Assembly: GCF_001194135.2 (NCBI RefSeq)
Contig: NC_068985.1
Location: forward strand, 86,327,456 to 86,391,455
Source of the DNA: Octopus bimaculoides
Lineage: Eukaryota
Direction: 5' to 3'
Length of the DNA stretch: 64,000 bases
Numbering within the stretch: the stretch's first letter is position 1; every line of letters begins with the position of its first letter. The notes below the pieces were generated by a model, which did not search any database, was not told where the DNA came from, and worked only from the letters and a program-made list of their open reading frames with translations. The position numbers and the translations under genes are program-made. Shown here piece after piece: positions 36,451 to 50,738 of the stretch.

Positions 36451-39400
36451 AACTTATTTAAGACCCTAAAATTGATGCTTAGGCATGATTTTCTAAGGGT
36501 GAATGTCCTTCTTATCAGCAACTACTTTACAAAATGCATTGGACAAATTTTCTTGTGGCGTCCGCAATAGTAAGGTGGAAAAGACCTTGGTGAAATAGGA
36601 ATAATTTTTTCTGACCATATTTCTCGAGGAATATTCATTTTAATTATTTTGAAAATAATAAAGTATTTAGCAAAACAAGTTGTTACTAATTTGAAGTTTG
36701 AAACAAAAAAATGGAGGGTATTAATTTAAATAGTTTTGAATCAAAGAGCTGCATCATCGAATCAGGGGTGGTCTTATGTGGATTGGTATTAAAAAGGTGA
36801 AAAGGATCTCACAGCTCTACCCCTTCTGAGCTCATTTGTCTATCACTTTACAGTGTGTACTTGGGGGAATTCTTGTGACACCAGCCTAGAGAGGTAGCCT
36901 TGCACACAATTCACCTGTAGAGAGGGGTGCAAAAGGGTTCCATTTGCTACTGTATAAGTGTAGAGTATCTTGTATACAGGAGATGGTGGGGTCAATTCTC
37001 AGCAACCTAAAGTGCATTGAATAAGAGAAGAATTTGAAAGAGAGCAATGACAGCAGAAAGGCCAGAGATGGGCAGGTAGATTGAGTAGTGGGGATAGGAG
37101 AGTTAATGTAGAGAGTAGTCAATAACCTAGGGTGTATATACTGGTGGTGGCAGTGGGGGGCGTGTGTCACTTTCCAAATATCCCTCCATCTTGCCAGCAT
37201 TGCTGTAATTAAATATCATTGACTTTTCCTCTTACAAATTACTAAACAATTCACCCATGGTAATCCTAAATTCCTGTTGGGTTTTTCAATGAATCACACA
37301 CGTAATATCATTTCCCTGGAGCCGAATAAGTTTTAGCTTACCTTGATGTTTTGTTTCATTAAAAAATACAATTAATCTGGCTTAGCTATTATATTTGTTG
37401 TCATTTTGTCATTATATTTTTATGATCTTATTATTTACCTTGGCTTTCTAATTACTCTCCATCATATCCGTACAGAGTTGGGAATATTGTTGAAGATACA
37501 AGATATATGACTTCATTAATAAGAAATGGTTTTTAATGTCAACATCAAGGCCTTTAATGGTCATTGTTGCAACACTTTTTGTTGATTTACTGATGACTGT
37601 TTGATATTTTTTTTTCTAAATCTCTTTTCAACAGGGTCAAATTAACAAAACGTTCTGCTTGCTAAATATTCTGATACCAATTCCATTGAGATTGATCCCA
37701 CTCTTATGAGCGAACTCTCTTGTTTCAAAGTGCTAGTATTTCAATGAAAATCTTCCATCATACTTCAGAATATAAAAACTTTTGTGAACTTGTCTTCTAA
37801 ATGATATCAATAATATTATTTTTATATTGTAACAAGCCTTTTTTTTGTTTTAGCTTAGAATGTCTGGGGTATTTATCACTGAGGTAGAGTGTCAGGGGTA
37901 TTTATCTCTAAGGAAACCAAAACAGGTTGAAATATGGTGCCTGGTGATCCACTGACATTCTAAGGAAAGTTCTGTGTTTGTTAACCCAAAATCTTCTTTG
38001 AGAATATTGTTGCTATGTTCTTCTACATTTGTATATGCATTATGAATGCTACGTACATTGATATGTTTACCTCAGGTTATTTCAAGTATGTATATTTATT
38101 TCTTTATTGTCCACAGGGGGCTAAACATAGAGCAGATAAACAAGGACATGCAAAGGGATTAAGTTGATTACATTGACTCCAGTGCGTAACTAGTACTTAT
38201 TTAATCGACCCCGAAAGTATGAGAGGCAAAGTTGACCTCGGTGGAATTTGAACTCAGAATGTAAAGACAGACAAAATACCGCTAAGCATTTCACCAGGTG
38301 TGCTAACGATTCTGCCAGCTCACTGCTCTATTTCAAGTCTGTATATTAACTTAATCCTAATAAGCTTTACAACTCTCCAAGATCTTTATTATACTAAAAG
38401 GGAATTCTGCATTTGAACCATAATTAGGAAAAGGTTACAGAAAAGAAGTTACAAAACAGAAATCAATGATCCAAAGACAGAAGTGGTGGCCACCACCATA
38501 GAAAACATGTCAAAACAGACAACAGAGCACCAGGTTCCATTATTAGTTTTGGTATGGTTCCTATCGCTGGATAACCTTCTTAGCACCAACCACTTTACAG
38601 GGAGTGTTGGGTGCTTTTTAAGTGACCCCCATCACCAAGTACCTTGCAAGACAAAAAGCCCTTGCCAAGGAGGAGGGAGAAGTATAGGAAGGGGGCATGT
38701 CTTTGTGGCAGTTGATGAAAGATTAGAAGTATAGGGGGACAGAGACAAATGTCTTACTGTAGAAGAGAAACAAGGACAGTCCAGTTAGAAAAGAAAGGAA
38801 CTTGAGTTAGAGCAAGATGTGTGTGTGTGTGTGTGTGTGTGCAAGTGTGCATGTGTGTGTGAGCGTGTGTGTGTACAAAGGGATTGTTTTAGTTTCTGTC
38901 TATGATAACTAAGGCTAAAATAGAAAACGCTTACCCTATGTGCCACACCCTGCAGGACTGAACCCAGGACCTTATGGTTGGGAATGAAATCTCTTGAGCA
39001 CACAGTCGCATCCATGCTTCACTTACAAACCAAACTTTATAGTTGAATAATTATTGTTTAAGAAGGGCTTCAAATCATGAAAATTAAAATATAGAACCGA
39101 TCATCATTGGCAATAAATCTCATTCAAGCAATGTCATCAATGGTCACACTGCCGGAGTACAATTATCTCTCAGTCCACAATGATAAATAATCAATCAACA
39201 TTTTTAATAAATCTCTACAATGCTCTGATAATTTCAATATTTTTAGAAATATAAAAGTTAAAAAAAAGTTTTCAGTTGGGAATAATTTTATAGAAAATTT
39301 TGAAAGGAGAAATGAAGATATTAATTCAACATAAAAATCATCATCATCATCACCATCATTATAGTAATTATTATCATTATTAATATTATCATGGCAAATA

Positions 39401-40829
39401 AACACATCCCTGTTGTTATCATCATCATCATTGTCATCACCGTCATTGTCATAATCATCATCGTCATCATCATTATCATCGTTGTCGTCGTCATTGTTGT
39501 CATCATCATAGCTGTCATAATCATCATTGTCATCATCATCATCATCATCAGCTTCATCATTATTATTATTATTTGTTATTAAAAGAATAAATTGCACGAG
39601 GGGGAGTGAAAGAAATCATTTCAAAAAAATGAAAACTTAGTTTTAGTTAAATGTTGGTGTTCATGACCTTTGCTGACCTTTTGACCCCTTGGCCCACTCT
39701 TCCGACAAGTGAGATCGATGTGGCTAATGTTCAGTTTAAACATAATTTTGTATGCTGAGGTTCACAGTGTGGGGGGGTGGGCCATGAATCTGAGGGACAA
39801 TGATGAAGTGTTGTTGTTGTTGTTGTCATTGCTTATCTCAATATCAACCCTTGATGAAAAAACATTCCAGACATGACCATCCAAGCTTCCTATTTGTCAC
39901 TTGAAGTATATCCAGGATTGTAGAGTTGTCTATGTTCTTTTAAGGTGATAAGGTATGATTTGAGAGAGATTTGGTTGCAATTTCTAGCAGGCCATATGAC
40001 TGCATAGAGACACCCTCATTGGTATGATTGAGAAAGTGTTTAGTGTGTGAACTGGAAGACAAGCCAGAATAGGGGAGAGGCAGATGAAACAGTCAGGGAC
40101 ATCAAGTATTGAGTCCTTTTTTTCAATGTTCCAAGGTTGAATCTGGTGTAAGATGAGGTTGCTTTTCATCCAGATGAAATTAACAGATTTAATACCACTA
40201 ATTTGTTGAGGGAGATCATTAATGAAACTAAATACCTTTCAACAGGTATATGGCTTTTCATTAATTATTATTTAATTAGGGAGCTGCTGCTGTTGATGCT
40301 GTTGTTGTTGTTGTTGTTATTTAGCCCAAGGCTGTACTGATTCAGCTGGCTTAGAGAAAAGGGATTACCAGTAAAAGTGTATCTAGGACTACATTATTCA
40401 ATGTCCTCCCTTTTATTTTTTAAGACAATAGAGTGTGATTTAAAGGAGATTCAACTAGTATTTCTAGCAGTTTGAGTGGTTACATAATACTAGTTTAGGG
40501 ATCATTTTCTATTCTGGGAGAAAATTAAAAAAAACTTCAGGAATAAAACAAAAATGGAGAATGTTTCTTTTTCTTTTATGCTTATTTTGCATCTGTTATT
40601 CTACTCAAACCGGATGCTCTTCCTGCCACTAACTCTTGTCTTTTTTTTCAAGTAGGAATTTTTTTTTATTACACAAGTCTTTGAAAGTGCAGAGTTACCA
40701 GATGACTTTTGAGCAGGGAAACAACAGCAGGGGAAACAGTTGTAACTCTGTGACTTTTCATACAATCCCACACACACGCGCAAGTACACACACACATGAG
40801 CAAGCACACACACACACACACACGCAAGT

Positions 40830-40860
<31 letters not shown>

Positions 40861-41829
40861 CAGACACACACACACATACATACAGTGAGCTTTGTATAGT
40901 TTCCACTGACCAGATTCCTTCCCAAAGCATTTTGGTGGGTTAGTGTTGTTGTAGAAGACCCTTGTCTTGGGTACTGTTTAGCAAGAATGAACCTAGAACC
41001 AAGTGATTGTAAAACGAATTCTTCAACAACGCAATTTCATCGGCTGAGGAAATAATGGATGTTTAATTAAGCAAATTCACAGGCCTGCATGCACATACAT
41101 TAATCAGCATTAATTAAAGTGTTACAGTACATTAATTAACTAAATATTAATGATGATTTCAAATATTAAAACCACCAAAGAAACCACAGAGTGTAATGCT
41201 TCAGAATTTAATGAAAACTTGTAAGAGATTGATTAAGCTTAATCAAAACATTTGATTCTTTTTTTGGTTTTGGAATCTCGGAGAAATGAAATGGGATCGA
41301 TGGTGTAACAATTCTTGGTTGGAAAATGTTCTTATCTGGAAGTCTTGAGTAAATTTAAGGGTGAGAAAATCTTGTTCATATTGGTTGACCAAAGCCTTGC
41401 GAGTGGATTTGGTCGAGGGAAACTGAAAGATACCAGTCACCTATACGTGTGTGTGTGTGCTTGTGTGGTTTGTGTGTCTGTTTGTGTGTTTGTGTTTGTG
41501 TGAGTGATTTCCTGGTTGTAAACAAGAGACTCATTCATACACCATGTATTTTCAGTTCTCTGTGGTAACATGTTCAGACTGTTTGTTGTTTGACCAAGTG
41601 GGATATTATTCTTTCACTTTGAAAACCAATGGGAGTTGGCCTCAGAAAGTCGATGCAGCTCTAGAGAAACCTGCTCCAACGTACTCTTGTATGGCCCATT
41701 CAGGGTCATACAAGCATGGAAAAGTAGATGTTAAAACAATGATGATGATGATGACAACAACAATGAATATGATGAAGACATTGTTAAAACAATGATGACA
41801 ACGACGACGACGATGACTACTGCTTATTT

Positions 41830-42490
41830 GAACGTAGGAAAAAGACCTTCACCTTTGGTAGTCCAAATAAATCTTCCCCAAGTTTGCCATTATGTGAAAA
41901 GCCAACCAACCAGGCTGTAATTTCCATATCTGTTGCCTTATCTACAGCTATTAAATAAAACACACATTCTGATGCTGTGAGCTTTAAGGATTCTTGGATA
42001 CAGTGCTCCATGTCATTTACACTGTGAGATACGTGATAAACTAATATTCTCAAACAATTTGACATTTTCTGGAATTAAAATTCATGCAACAGCAAATATG
42101 CGCTCACTTTTTAATAAACTTGCCTTCAACATGCAGCTTCATTTTGTTGGCAATTAGCTTACACACTTCATAACTTGCTTACATTGCAAAAGTATTTTCA
42201 TTAATATGTATTTTTGAAAATAGATTGCTGTTTACATAAAGATTCTTGAAAAATGCTGGCTTGTCTAAATGCCAAATCCCTTTCAGCTTTTTTTTTTTAT
42301 ATTGAGGATGCTTGGTCAAACAGAAGAGTTTAAAACCACTTTTTTATTATTATAAACTGCAACCAAATCTTTAACAAATAAGACACACAGAATTTCCATT
42401 TACTTCTATGAAAAAATAATTATCTGTCCATTTTTTATTGAACAAAGAGCTTTCTCTGTCAATTCTTTTTCTTTTATTAATTCTAGCCAT
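41830..42490 (-). mobile_element. Degenerate hAT (SPIN/GTF2IRD2-like) transposase N-terminal fragment
   Basis: MARINKRKRIDRESSLFNKKWTDNYFFIEVNGNSVCLIC and FYLIAVDKATDMEITAWL (decayed ALDESTD motif); many stops. Confidence 0.78.
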
Positions 42491-43510
42491 ATTTAAGAAT
42501 GGGTTACTTTTACACACTTCGTAATATTGATGTAAAATATTTAATAAAAATAGGCAAATGAACTGTGAATGCTGCCAGCATTCAAAATTATTGCATTTAA
42601 TTTGTAATGAAGCTGCCGACAACTTGCCGAGACAAACTTAAATTCATACTGACTGTTCAACACCACTAACAATACTCTATAAGAATGAATAAATGTCTGC
42701 AAGCAGGGCTTTATTTTTTAAGGAGAAACATACATGCTAAATGCCAATAAAGGTATGACTAATATGTAATCAATTTGGAGGTATTCTAACCTATGATTAA
42801 TGTTACAAGACAAGCATTATGGACAACAGAAATATATTAATGACTTAGAGTTGCGAAAAACTTATATATTGTTTTGATCTTAACACTGAAATCTTTTTAT
42901 TCCTAATTTATACAGGATTGTGGAGAACTTTGTGGAAAGTTTTGATTGTGAATGCAGACAAAATGCTGTGCATTGGTTGACAGAATCTTTGGTCAGAAAA
43001 AATGGTCCTTATGCTCTGGGCTCAATCCTGGTTGTTGACAACTTTGTTGTTCAATTTTTCAGGGTCAATAAATAATACATGAGTCATTCATTGAAGTCAA
43101 TGGGATTAACTAAACACCATTTATACAGAAAGGCAGATATAGCTGTATGGTTAAGAAGTTAACTTTCTAACCACATGATTCCAAGTTCAATTCCACTGTG
43201 CAAAACCTAACCCTTAGAGCCTATTCTAAGTTTATTATTAAGTTTAAAGCACAAATGTGATAATTTAAGCTCTTTAAATAATACATTGTAATTTTCATTT
43301 TAAAAATGATATCATTTTTAATTGCTATACTATTTTCTATCAAGTTAGTGGTAGAGAAAAAGGCACCCAGTACACTCTATAAATTGTTTGGGGTTAGAAA
43401 AGGCATCCAGCCATAGAAACAATTGCCAAAGCTGACCCTGGAGCATGTTACAGACTGCCAGATCCTGTCAAGCTGTCAAACCCATGCCAGAATCGAAAAA
43501 CGGACATTAA

Positions 43511-43593
<83 letters not shown>

Positions 43594-43670
43594 GGTGGTG
43601 GTGGTGATGATGATCATCATCACAAATAATTAATAATTAAAATATTAGCATTAGAATGCAGTGTTAACAG

Positions 43671-43927
43671 CACGGACATATGGCATAATGGTTAAAAGCA
43701 TGGGCTACGAACCCCAAGATTCCGAGTTTGATTCCAGGCAGTAACCTGAATAATAATAGTAATAATAATAATAACAACAACATGGAAAAATACCTTAGGA
43801 ATGAGAACCCAGGTTCGAAATTTCCCCAAGACACATGAGGAAGGTTGGAGGGTATATCAACCGAAATGTGTTAACAACAAACAAGATGAGGACAAATATA
43901 CGTCAAATAATGTAAATAATGTAAATA
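43671..43927 (+). mobile_element. tRNA-headed, hammerhead-bearing SINE, copy 3
   Basis: Same architecture with about 11 AAT-type units. Stem II is GGTTG/CAACC. Core is mutated (ATGAGGA) and there is a 3-nt deletion after GAAA. Confidence 0.85.
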
Positions 43928-44224
43928 AAATAATATATCTGACAATTTTTTGTTTCACAATACCATTTTTAACTTGTAAAAAACATTTCCCTATGAAAAG
44001 AGTGGAGTTACAGGAAAAATGAGACACAGGAATGAAAATATACTTAAATACATGTAGAGAAGTACAAGTGGTGAATGCTTAAAACTGTTGCATGTCAAGT
44101 TAGACTTTCACTTCAATAATATACTTTATAATGGTGGTGAGGGATTAGAGGGAGAAAAATAAAAAAAAAACAAAAGGAAGAATTAGAAAAGTTAAAAGAA
44201 AAACTAAAAGAAATTTCATTAACA

Positions 44225-44550
44225 TAATGCCCAAGGGCGTTGTGAGTGTTTATTGAGAGAAAACACCTAAAGCTCCATGAGGCTCCAGCAGGGGGTGGTG
44301 GCGAACCCTGCTGTACTCTTCAACCACAACTTTCTCTCACTCTTACTTCCTGTTTTGGTTGTGCCTGTAATTCAAAGGGTCAGCCTTGTCACAGTCTGTG
44401 TCACCCTGAATATCCCCGAGAACTATGTTAAGGGTACACGTGTCTGTGGAGTGCTCAGTCACTTACACATTAATTTCACAAGCAGGCTGTTTCGTTGATC
44501 GGATCAACTGGAACCCTCGACGACGTAAGCAACGGAGTGCCAACAACAAC
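44225..44550 (+). mobile_element. Unclassified retroelement-like insertion with (CAA)n tail
   Basis: GC- and CpG-richer block with sharp edges ending in CAACAACAAC. Single copy in the window, so the call is tentative. Confidence 0.35.
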
Positions 44551-45756
44551 ATAGAAGACATGAGTTATAAGGGGGGAAGGTTAGGGGGTTTCTCAGTGAT
44601 GGAAGATACAACAGTTTATTTGACTTTTACAAGGCGGTTAATATGCATCGGAGTCCCTCTTCTCCACCACTAAATGAGCCCATGCTTCTTCATCTTATTA
44701 AAATGTTTGCTCAGCTATAATTGGAAAGATATGAGATGAATATTTTTAATTTTAAAAGACAGACAACATCTCCATTATATACAAGTCAAACCTTTCCCAT
44801 CAACAACTTTCTTTTATTCCATAGAAAGCAAATATATGAAGTTCAATAAAGAAATTTTTTTTTCCTAGAGGGAGTTAGAATCTAAAGAGGTGATGCTGAT
44901 GTACATGTGTGTGTGTGTGTGTGTGTGTTATACTTTTACATTAAAGTGAAACGAAAAGCAACATATTTGTTATTGAATTGCACCTTCAGCTGCTATATTG
45001 AAAGCTTCCACTTGCTCTTGTCTTGTCCCTTTTCAGGTGCAATGAATTATTTCTCCTGTGCCTGCATTGTTCCTTCAAGTACAATTGTAAAAATATAGGA
45101 AGGTTCCTATTCAAACATACACACACTTGCTACCGCTGCATTCTAATTCTAATTATATTTTCAATATTTAGATACTTATCAAAGAATATCATAGCATTTC
45201 ACACTCTTCCCTATATTTTAAATTAGAATTTATAATTATATTTAGCACACCCCACCAACCCCACTCAACTCGTAAGTTCTCCCTAATCTAGTAAATACTC
45301 AGGGTCCTTTTTCTCCTCCACTGTTCGGATCAGCCAAAGATGAGACAACTCTTTATATATATATATACACACACACACATCAAACAGACACGTACAGTCA
45401 CACATACAAAGGGCTTCATGCAGTTTCTATCCATCAAAAGCTGACTGAAATTTAAAAGACACTGTTTAAAATAATAGAAACATATATACAGAGTGCGATG
45501 GGTAAACTGGTGTAATTTTATATTTTTAATTTCATGCATGTGCATCGTTTGTTTTTGATTTTGCTACCTACACAGTACAGTAGGGTCAGTTGGGCACTGT
45601 CTGTGAGAAAAACAACACCATGACACAATTTACTCTACTAGAAATTGGGAAATGACATGCTGTACTCTTGGCATTCATGTCAGAAGCTCTAATACAAACA
45701 TTTCAGAGTGTTTGGGTGTCAACCTGAGGACAGTGCAGAGGATTTGAAAAGAGTTG

Positions 45757-46063
45757 GATGAGTCTAATGGGGATTACATAGGTATGCAGCTCATAGATTC
45801 CTCTCCATACTCTTTCTGTAACTTTGCAAAGGCCTCCGAGCAGGTATCATCACAAAAACTTTGTCATGGTCAATGCGATGATCACACGCTACACACTTTC
45901 CTTCCAAGCACAGCTATAACCAGAGAAAGTAAGCTAGAGGGTTAAAATTTAGTGTGCATGCACAGCAAAGTTCAAGGTCAATGTTTACCAAGCAGCTTCA
46001 CTCTGCATGCTTTAGCTTCGTTACTATGGCAACAGTCCGGATACTTATTGATCAGACCTTGTA
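45757..46063 (-). mobile_element. Mariner 5' remnant, same family as 4110-4738
   Basis: TIR 46033-46061 plus TA; translation TCSEAFAKLQKEYGEE matches TCSEAYTKF of the 4-kb copy. Confidence 0.75.
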
Positions 46064-49000
46064 TGTACATATGTATATGCATATGTACATATGTGTGTTG
46101 ATATATAGTAATATAAATATACAATGTTGACAATTTACTGTGTATGTTCTTCCCAATAAATTGATCAGTTTGTATATTTTATATAAAATAGATTTATTGA
46201 TTACTGATAGAGACACAAAACCACAGGTTTTGAGGCAAGGTTACAATGACCCAATTCTTAAAGTGTCAATTTATTACCTTGGTCATAATGAACCTTAGCA
46301 GTACTGACTTGAGTTTGCCTTTCATTCTGTCAGCATCACTTTTGGTAAGGGCCAATACTTTGTATATCATCATGATTCAATCATTCTGAGTTTCCCAATC
46401 TAATTTAATCTTTACTTCTTTATCACACGTTGGAATTACTCCATTATATCTCAATACAGATATGTTCCAGGTGTTAATGAACAAACACTCATTATTTCTT
46501 TAGATTTAGCTAAGATTCAAATGTTAATTTCAATAAGCTAATGAGGTAATCCCCTTACATGTTTACTTGACCTACTAGAAACTGCAGCCAAATCTTTCCC
46601 AAATCATGTCTTGAAAATGGAAGGACATCTTAGGTAATGTCAATATTTTTTCCATCTTTTAGTAAGAAGACAATACAGTGCCCATGACCATTTACAGAGC
46701 TTCTGAGATGAAGGTGCCAAAGACTGGAGCTGAATGCTTGCAATAGAGTAGACTTTGCTTTTAACACTGAAAGGGTCAAGTGGTGGTGTGAAACCAAGGA
46801 CTGGACTTAATCCCCCACCCAAGTGGGGGATTGTTGGATTTCAATTCACAAAACAATGATCCAGAACAAACACCAGAAGCCATCTTGTTCAACTTTCTTC
46901 CAGTTCTATTAATCCATTGCCCATGGGTGGCACTTTTCCTCAGCTCTGTCAGGAATGATGGTCATGGTTGAGTACCTTAAGCATAAATCTGTTTGATCAG
47001 TGTTGGCCTAGGGCTTAGAAAACAGCGCCTTATTTTTTGTTTTCATATAACCTATTCTTTTTACTTCATATTTTATGAATTTCCCCTTAGTCGTATTCTG
47101 TGGTTTTCCTTTGAAATTTCACATTTATTACCAATATTCCTCATATTTTCATCACCAGATTCTGTACCAATAATATCCTTCCTAAATCCACAGACTGTTT
47201 CCACTAAGATATCTTCTTGAAACTTGATCTTTGGAGATAGTTTAGAATGAGCAATATCTTAGAGATCAGGATTGCTTGAATCTCTAACTGATTGACATTT
47301 AAATATGTCAAAAAAAAAAAAAGAAAATGTTAGGAAATTAATTGTTGTCTGTCAATAACAGTTATACAGAAAATTTCACAAGTTTGGATAAATTTATTTG
47401 GCATGAAGAGACTGGGAATCTGAGATTTTAAGGCTGACATATTGAATGAGGGAAAATATAGCAATAATGTTAAAAGGTTTTTTCCATTTCAGATGCAGAG
47501 TTAGTCTGGAAGTTTCAGTCTTCAAGTCATCATGGTATTCGAATTTCACCAGACTCATGAACAAAGCATAAAAATCCTCTTCTTACTCAACCTTTTTTAG
47601 CATCAATATCAGCATTGTAATATATTTGCAAAAAACAGCAAAGAATAAGTCTTTCTTCTGGAAAGTTCCATCTCTGATTATTAGGAATCTTGAATCTTGA
47701 AATGAGTGAAGTATTGGTTTGAAAAAGGTTATATATTTTACAGAAGCTGGTATAAAGATATTTAATGTAACATCAACACAAGGCACCTAATCTCTTTATT
47801 GGTGTTTAGCACTAAGTCCCCTCTGCTAAAAATAGTAACCCAACACAACCTATTCTTCTAACTTATCTACATTGAATATTATGCCTGGGACACTCTTACT
47901 GGAGTAATAAAATAGGAAATTCATTGACTTGGATATATAAGTTTGCAGTTCAGGACTGACCTTGGGCTAAAAACAAATGTAACCAAAAAAAAAAAAAAAA
48001 AAAAAAAAAAGAATCTGAGTTCAATTTCCTGCTAGAATTGAAGTCTTCTTTACACTCCTCCAAGAATTAAAAATGCACATAAAAAGTTGACATAGACAAA
48101 TGTATCAAAATTTTTATTAGAGATGAAACAAATGAAAAAAAAAATCTCTCAAGACTGAAGAACTGTTGCATTTGTTGTTGTTATTACTGTTAGCATTATC
48201 ATTATTATTATTATTATTAGTTTTGTTTGTTTTTTGAAAAAGAGTATGTATGTGTGGAAACAGTAAAGTTAATGTTTGTTTCTGACTAGTTTAATAGGAT
48301 TCCCATTATAGACGTTGTTTTTGGAAAATGCTTTTGGAAAATATCTTCTTGTTTTTGTCTTCTTTTTAAACAAAATATAATTACTGATTTCTTCATTGGA
48401 AAAAGATAACAAATAAATAAATTAATTAACTAAAGATAAATAGTTGAAGAGAAAATAAATATAAACAAATAAAAGAAAATATAGAAGGCAACAAGGGGTA
48501 AGATAAAAATACAAAGGCTATACAAACCTTATTTTCCCCCAACAACCATCTCATTTGCTCTGATGATCTATTGATGAAGAGATGTTGGAGAGAAAATCCT
48601 ATTTTAATTATGATAACCTTCTCTACTCTTTCATTTGAAGTGGTATATGATGATTGTCTTTGAAGTAGAAAGATATTGAAATAAAGATATGAAATGTTTT
48701 GACAGTGAAGAAAGATTAATGTAGTGTTGTGGTGGACTCTGTCTTAATTTGAAGGTTGATGGGTTCTTAAAAGAAAAAAAAAAATAATTGTTTCCAAATA
48801 CCTTTTCATGTTGTGATAATTTTTTTAATTTTTAATTTGTTTTGTTGTAATTTTTAATCTTTTAAATTCTTTTGCTTTTGACTGTTGTTGATTTGCTTAG
48901 TTTTGGAACCATTCTACACCTGTATCTCTTTTTGGTACTAGCATGGGTTGGAAGCTTCTGGAAATTTATACATTTTGTGTAAGTTATGATGGCATGTCCT

Positions 49001-50119
49001 ATAATGCATTGGCTGGTAAATATATAGGGAAAATCCTTTTATCGTTATATTATAATGAAATATTGTTGATGTGTTTCAAATTTTTTGTTTTTAATTAGCA
49101 AAAGTTTGCAATAAAATAATTAATTTTTCTCCTTTGTGTTTTGAATATAGTTTAATATTAAGTTCATACATAAATTACAATGGAGCATTTTACTTTAAAT
49201 GTTAGCAGTTTCAAACAAGCAGATTTTTAAAAGTCAAGAAATTTTCACAGAAAGGCTGGTTGCAAAATGGTTAAAAGCTTTCCTTTATAATTTTGGCGAG
49301 TTCAACTTTGCCCAAGTCAATCACCTGCACCCCCCCCAAAAAAAAGCAACAACAACAACAACAAAGCCTATTTTAGTTCAGTGTTGCAGATTAATGAAAT
49401 ACTTAGCAACTGTACAAAATGGAAACTACAAAACTTCTTCATTTTATGAATTAACCATTGTTTAGAGTTCCAAAAGTGGTTAGACAGATGGTAGTTAAAT
49501 CTATGTCCACCATCTTATTGGATCCACTAAATCAGTGCTAATGCTACACACAAGGTGAGCCATGTGATCCCTAGAGCACTAAACTCTGTGGGAATCACAC
49601 AAATCCAATCCATCCAAAAATGATGGATTTTCAAAGACCATAAAGAATAAGACAGAAGAAAGTATGAAAATATCTTTCTAATCGTAGCCCTAATGTCCAT
49701 ATTTGTTATTGAAGAATTAGTATAATGGTTTGAACAAAATTTTAGCAGAAAATTGAATCATTACAAGCTAAGCTATTGTTGCAATATTGTATAAAATGTA
49801 TTTTATGAACTGTTACAGCCATTGGCTGTATTTACAACATCGTCATAAAAAGAGAGAAGGGGGTCACACTTGTATAACTGAGCTAAGGCATTGAATACTC
49901 TGGCATCAGCCCAGTACTATTACCCCACCTCAGCAACATTAGTCCTGAAGTTCAGAAGCAACAGAGTGAGGATCATTTCCTCTTTAACGACTCTGACAGA
50001 TCCTTGAAGGCAGCTAATAGTTATGATGACTGAACTACTGGCAGAGGTATCTACTTCAGTACCAGCTAAGACTTTTCTCATTCTCAGTAATTGTTTCTGG
50101 GATTTGGTCACACCTTTAA

Positions 50120-50738
50120 TCCCTCTCGGTCAATTTATACAAAACTCCCAATGGACCATTCTTGCCACATTGTAATGTTACCTTTTGTATTCACATCGTT
50201 CTATTTCCAGGCATTCACATAACAATGTGCTTTCCTATTTCAACCCTTTCCCCACAAATTCAACATTTGTCACTCTCCGTTGTTTTATCAATTCTGCACT
50301 TCACAAAGTTTATTCTCAAAGCTTGTTCCTTTTGCCACACACATAACTGCTTCTGTTTCTATCTTTTGAGTCACTCCTCTCCATTCATAACCACCAGCCT
50401 CGTCAATCTGTTTTTCTGCTTGTATCTCTTGCAAACTAACCATACATTTTTTTCCTTTTCCATGCCATTTCTCTGGAGGGAGGAGCACTTTCCCCTCTTT
50501 CTTAACACAATTATCACTTTTGCTGATGCTCGACTTCTTTAACAATGGTTTCATGGCATTTTCTTTACACACCACCCTAAACTGTTTTCCTCTCATTCGA
50601 CACAACCCTGGCAACTAATCAAAACCTCTTGCACACTTTATTCCTAGACAAGTACAACCTATCAGTGCCACTCATGAGATGGAATGCTCCGTATACCGTC
50701 AATAGCTTCCATGTCTTTCTATCCATACTCGTCAGTTC
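50120..50738 (-). mobile_element. Dong/R4-type LINE fragment (RT C-terminus to zinc knuckle)
   Basis: MDRKTWKLLTVYGAFHLMSGTDRLYLSR, ETEAVMCVAK, EQALRINFVKCRIDKTTESDKC*ICGE, YNVARMVHWE. Confidence 0.85.

Noticed and set aside
36886-37200. Possible second Penelope RT remnant on the minus strand
   Set aside because: Resemblance to the SLYTNIP and AMG motifs is too decayed to support.
46640-47790. Protein-like minus-strand reading frames
   Set aside because: Interrupted by stops, no recognisable family, no consistent splice model.
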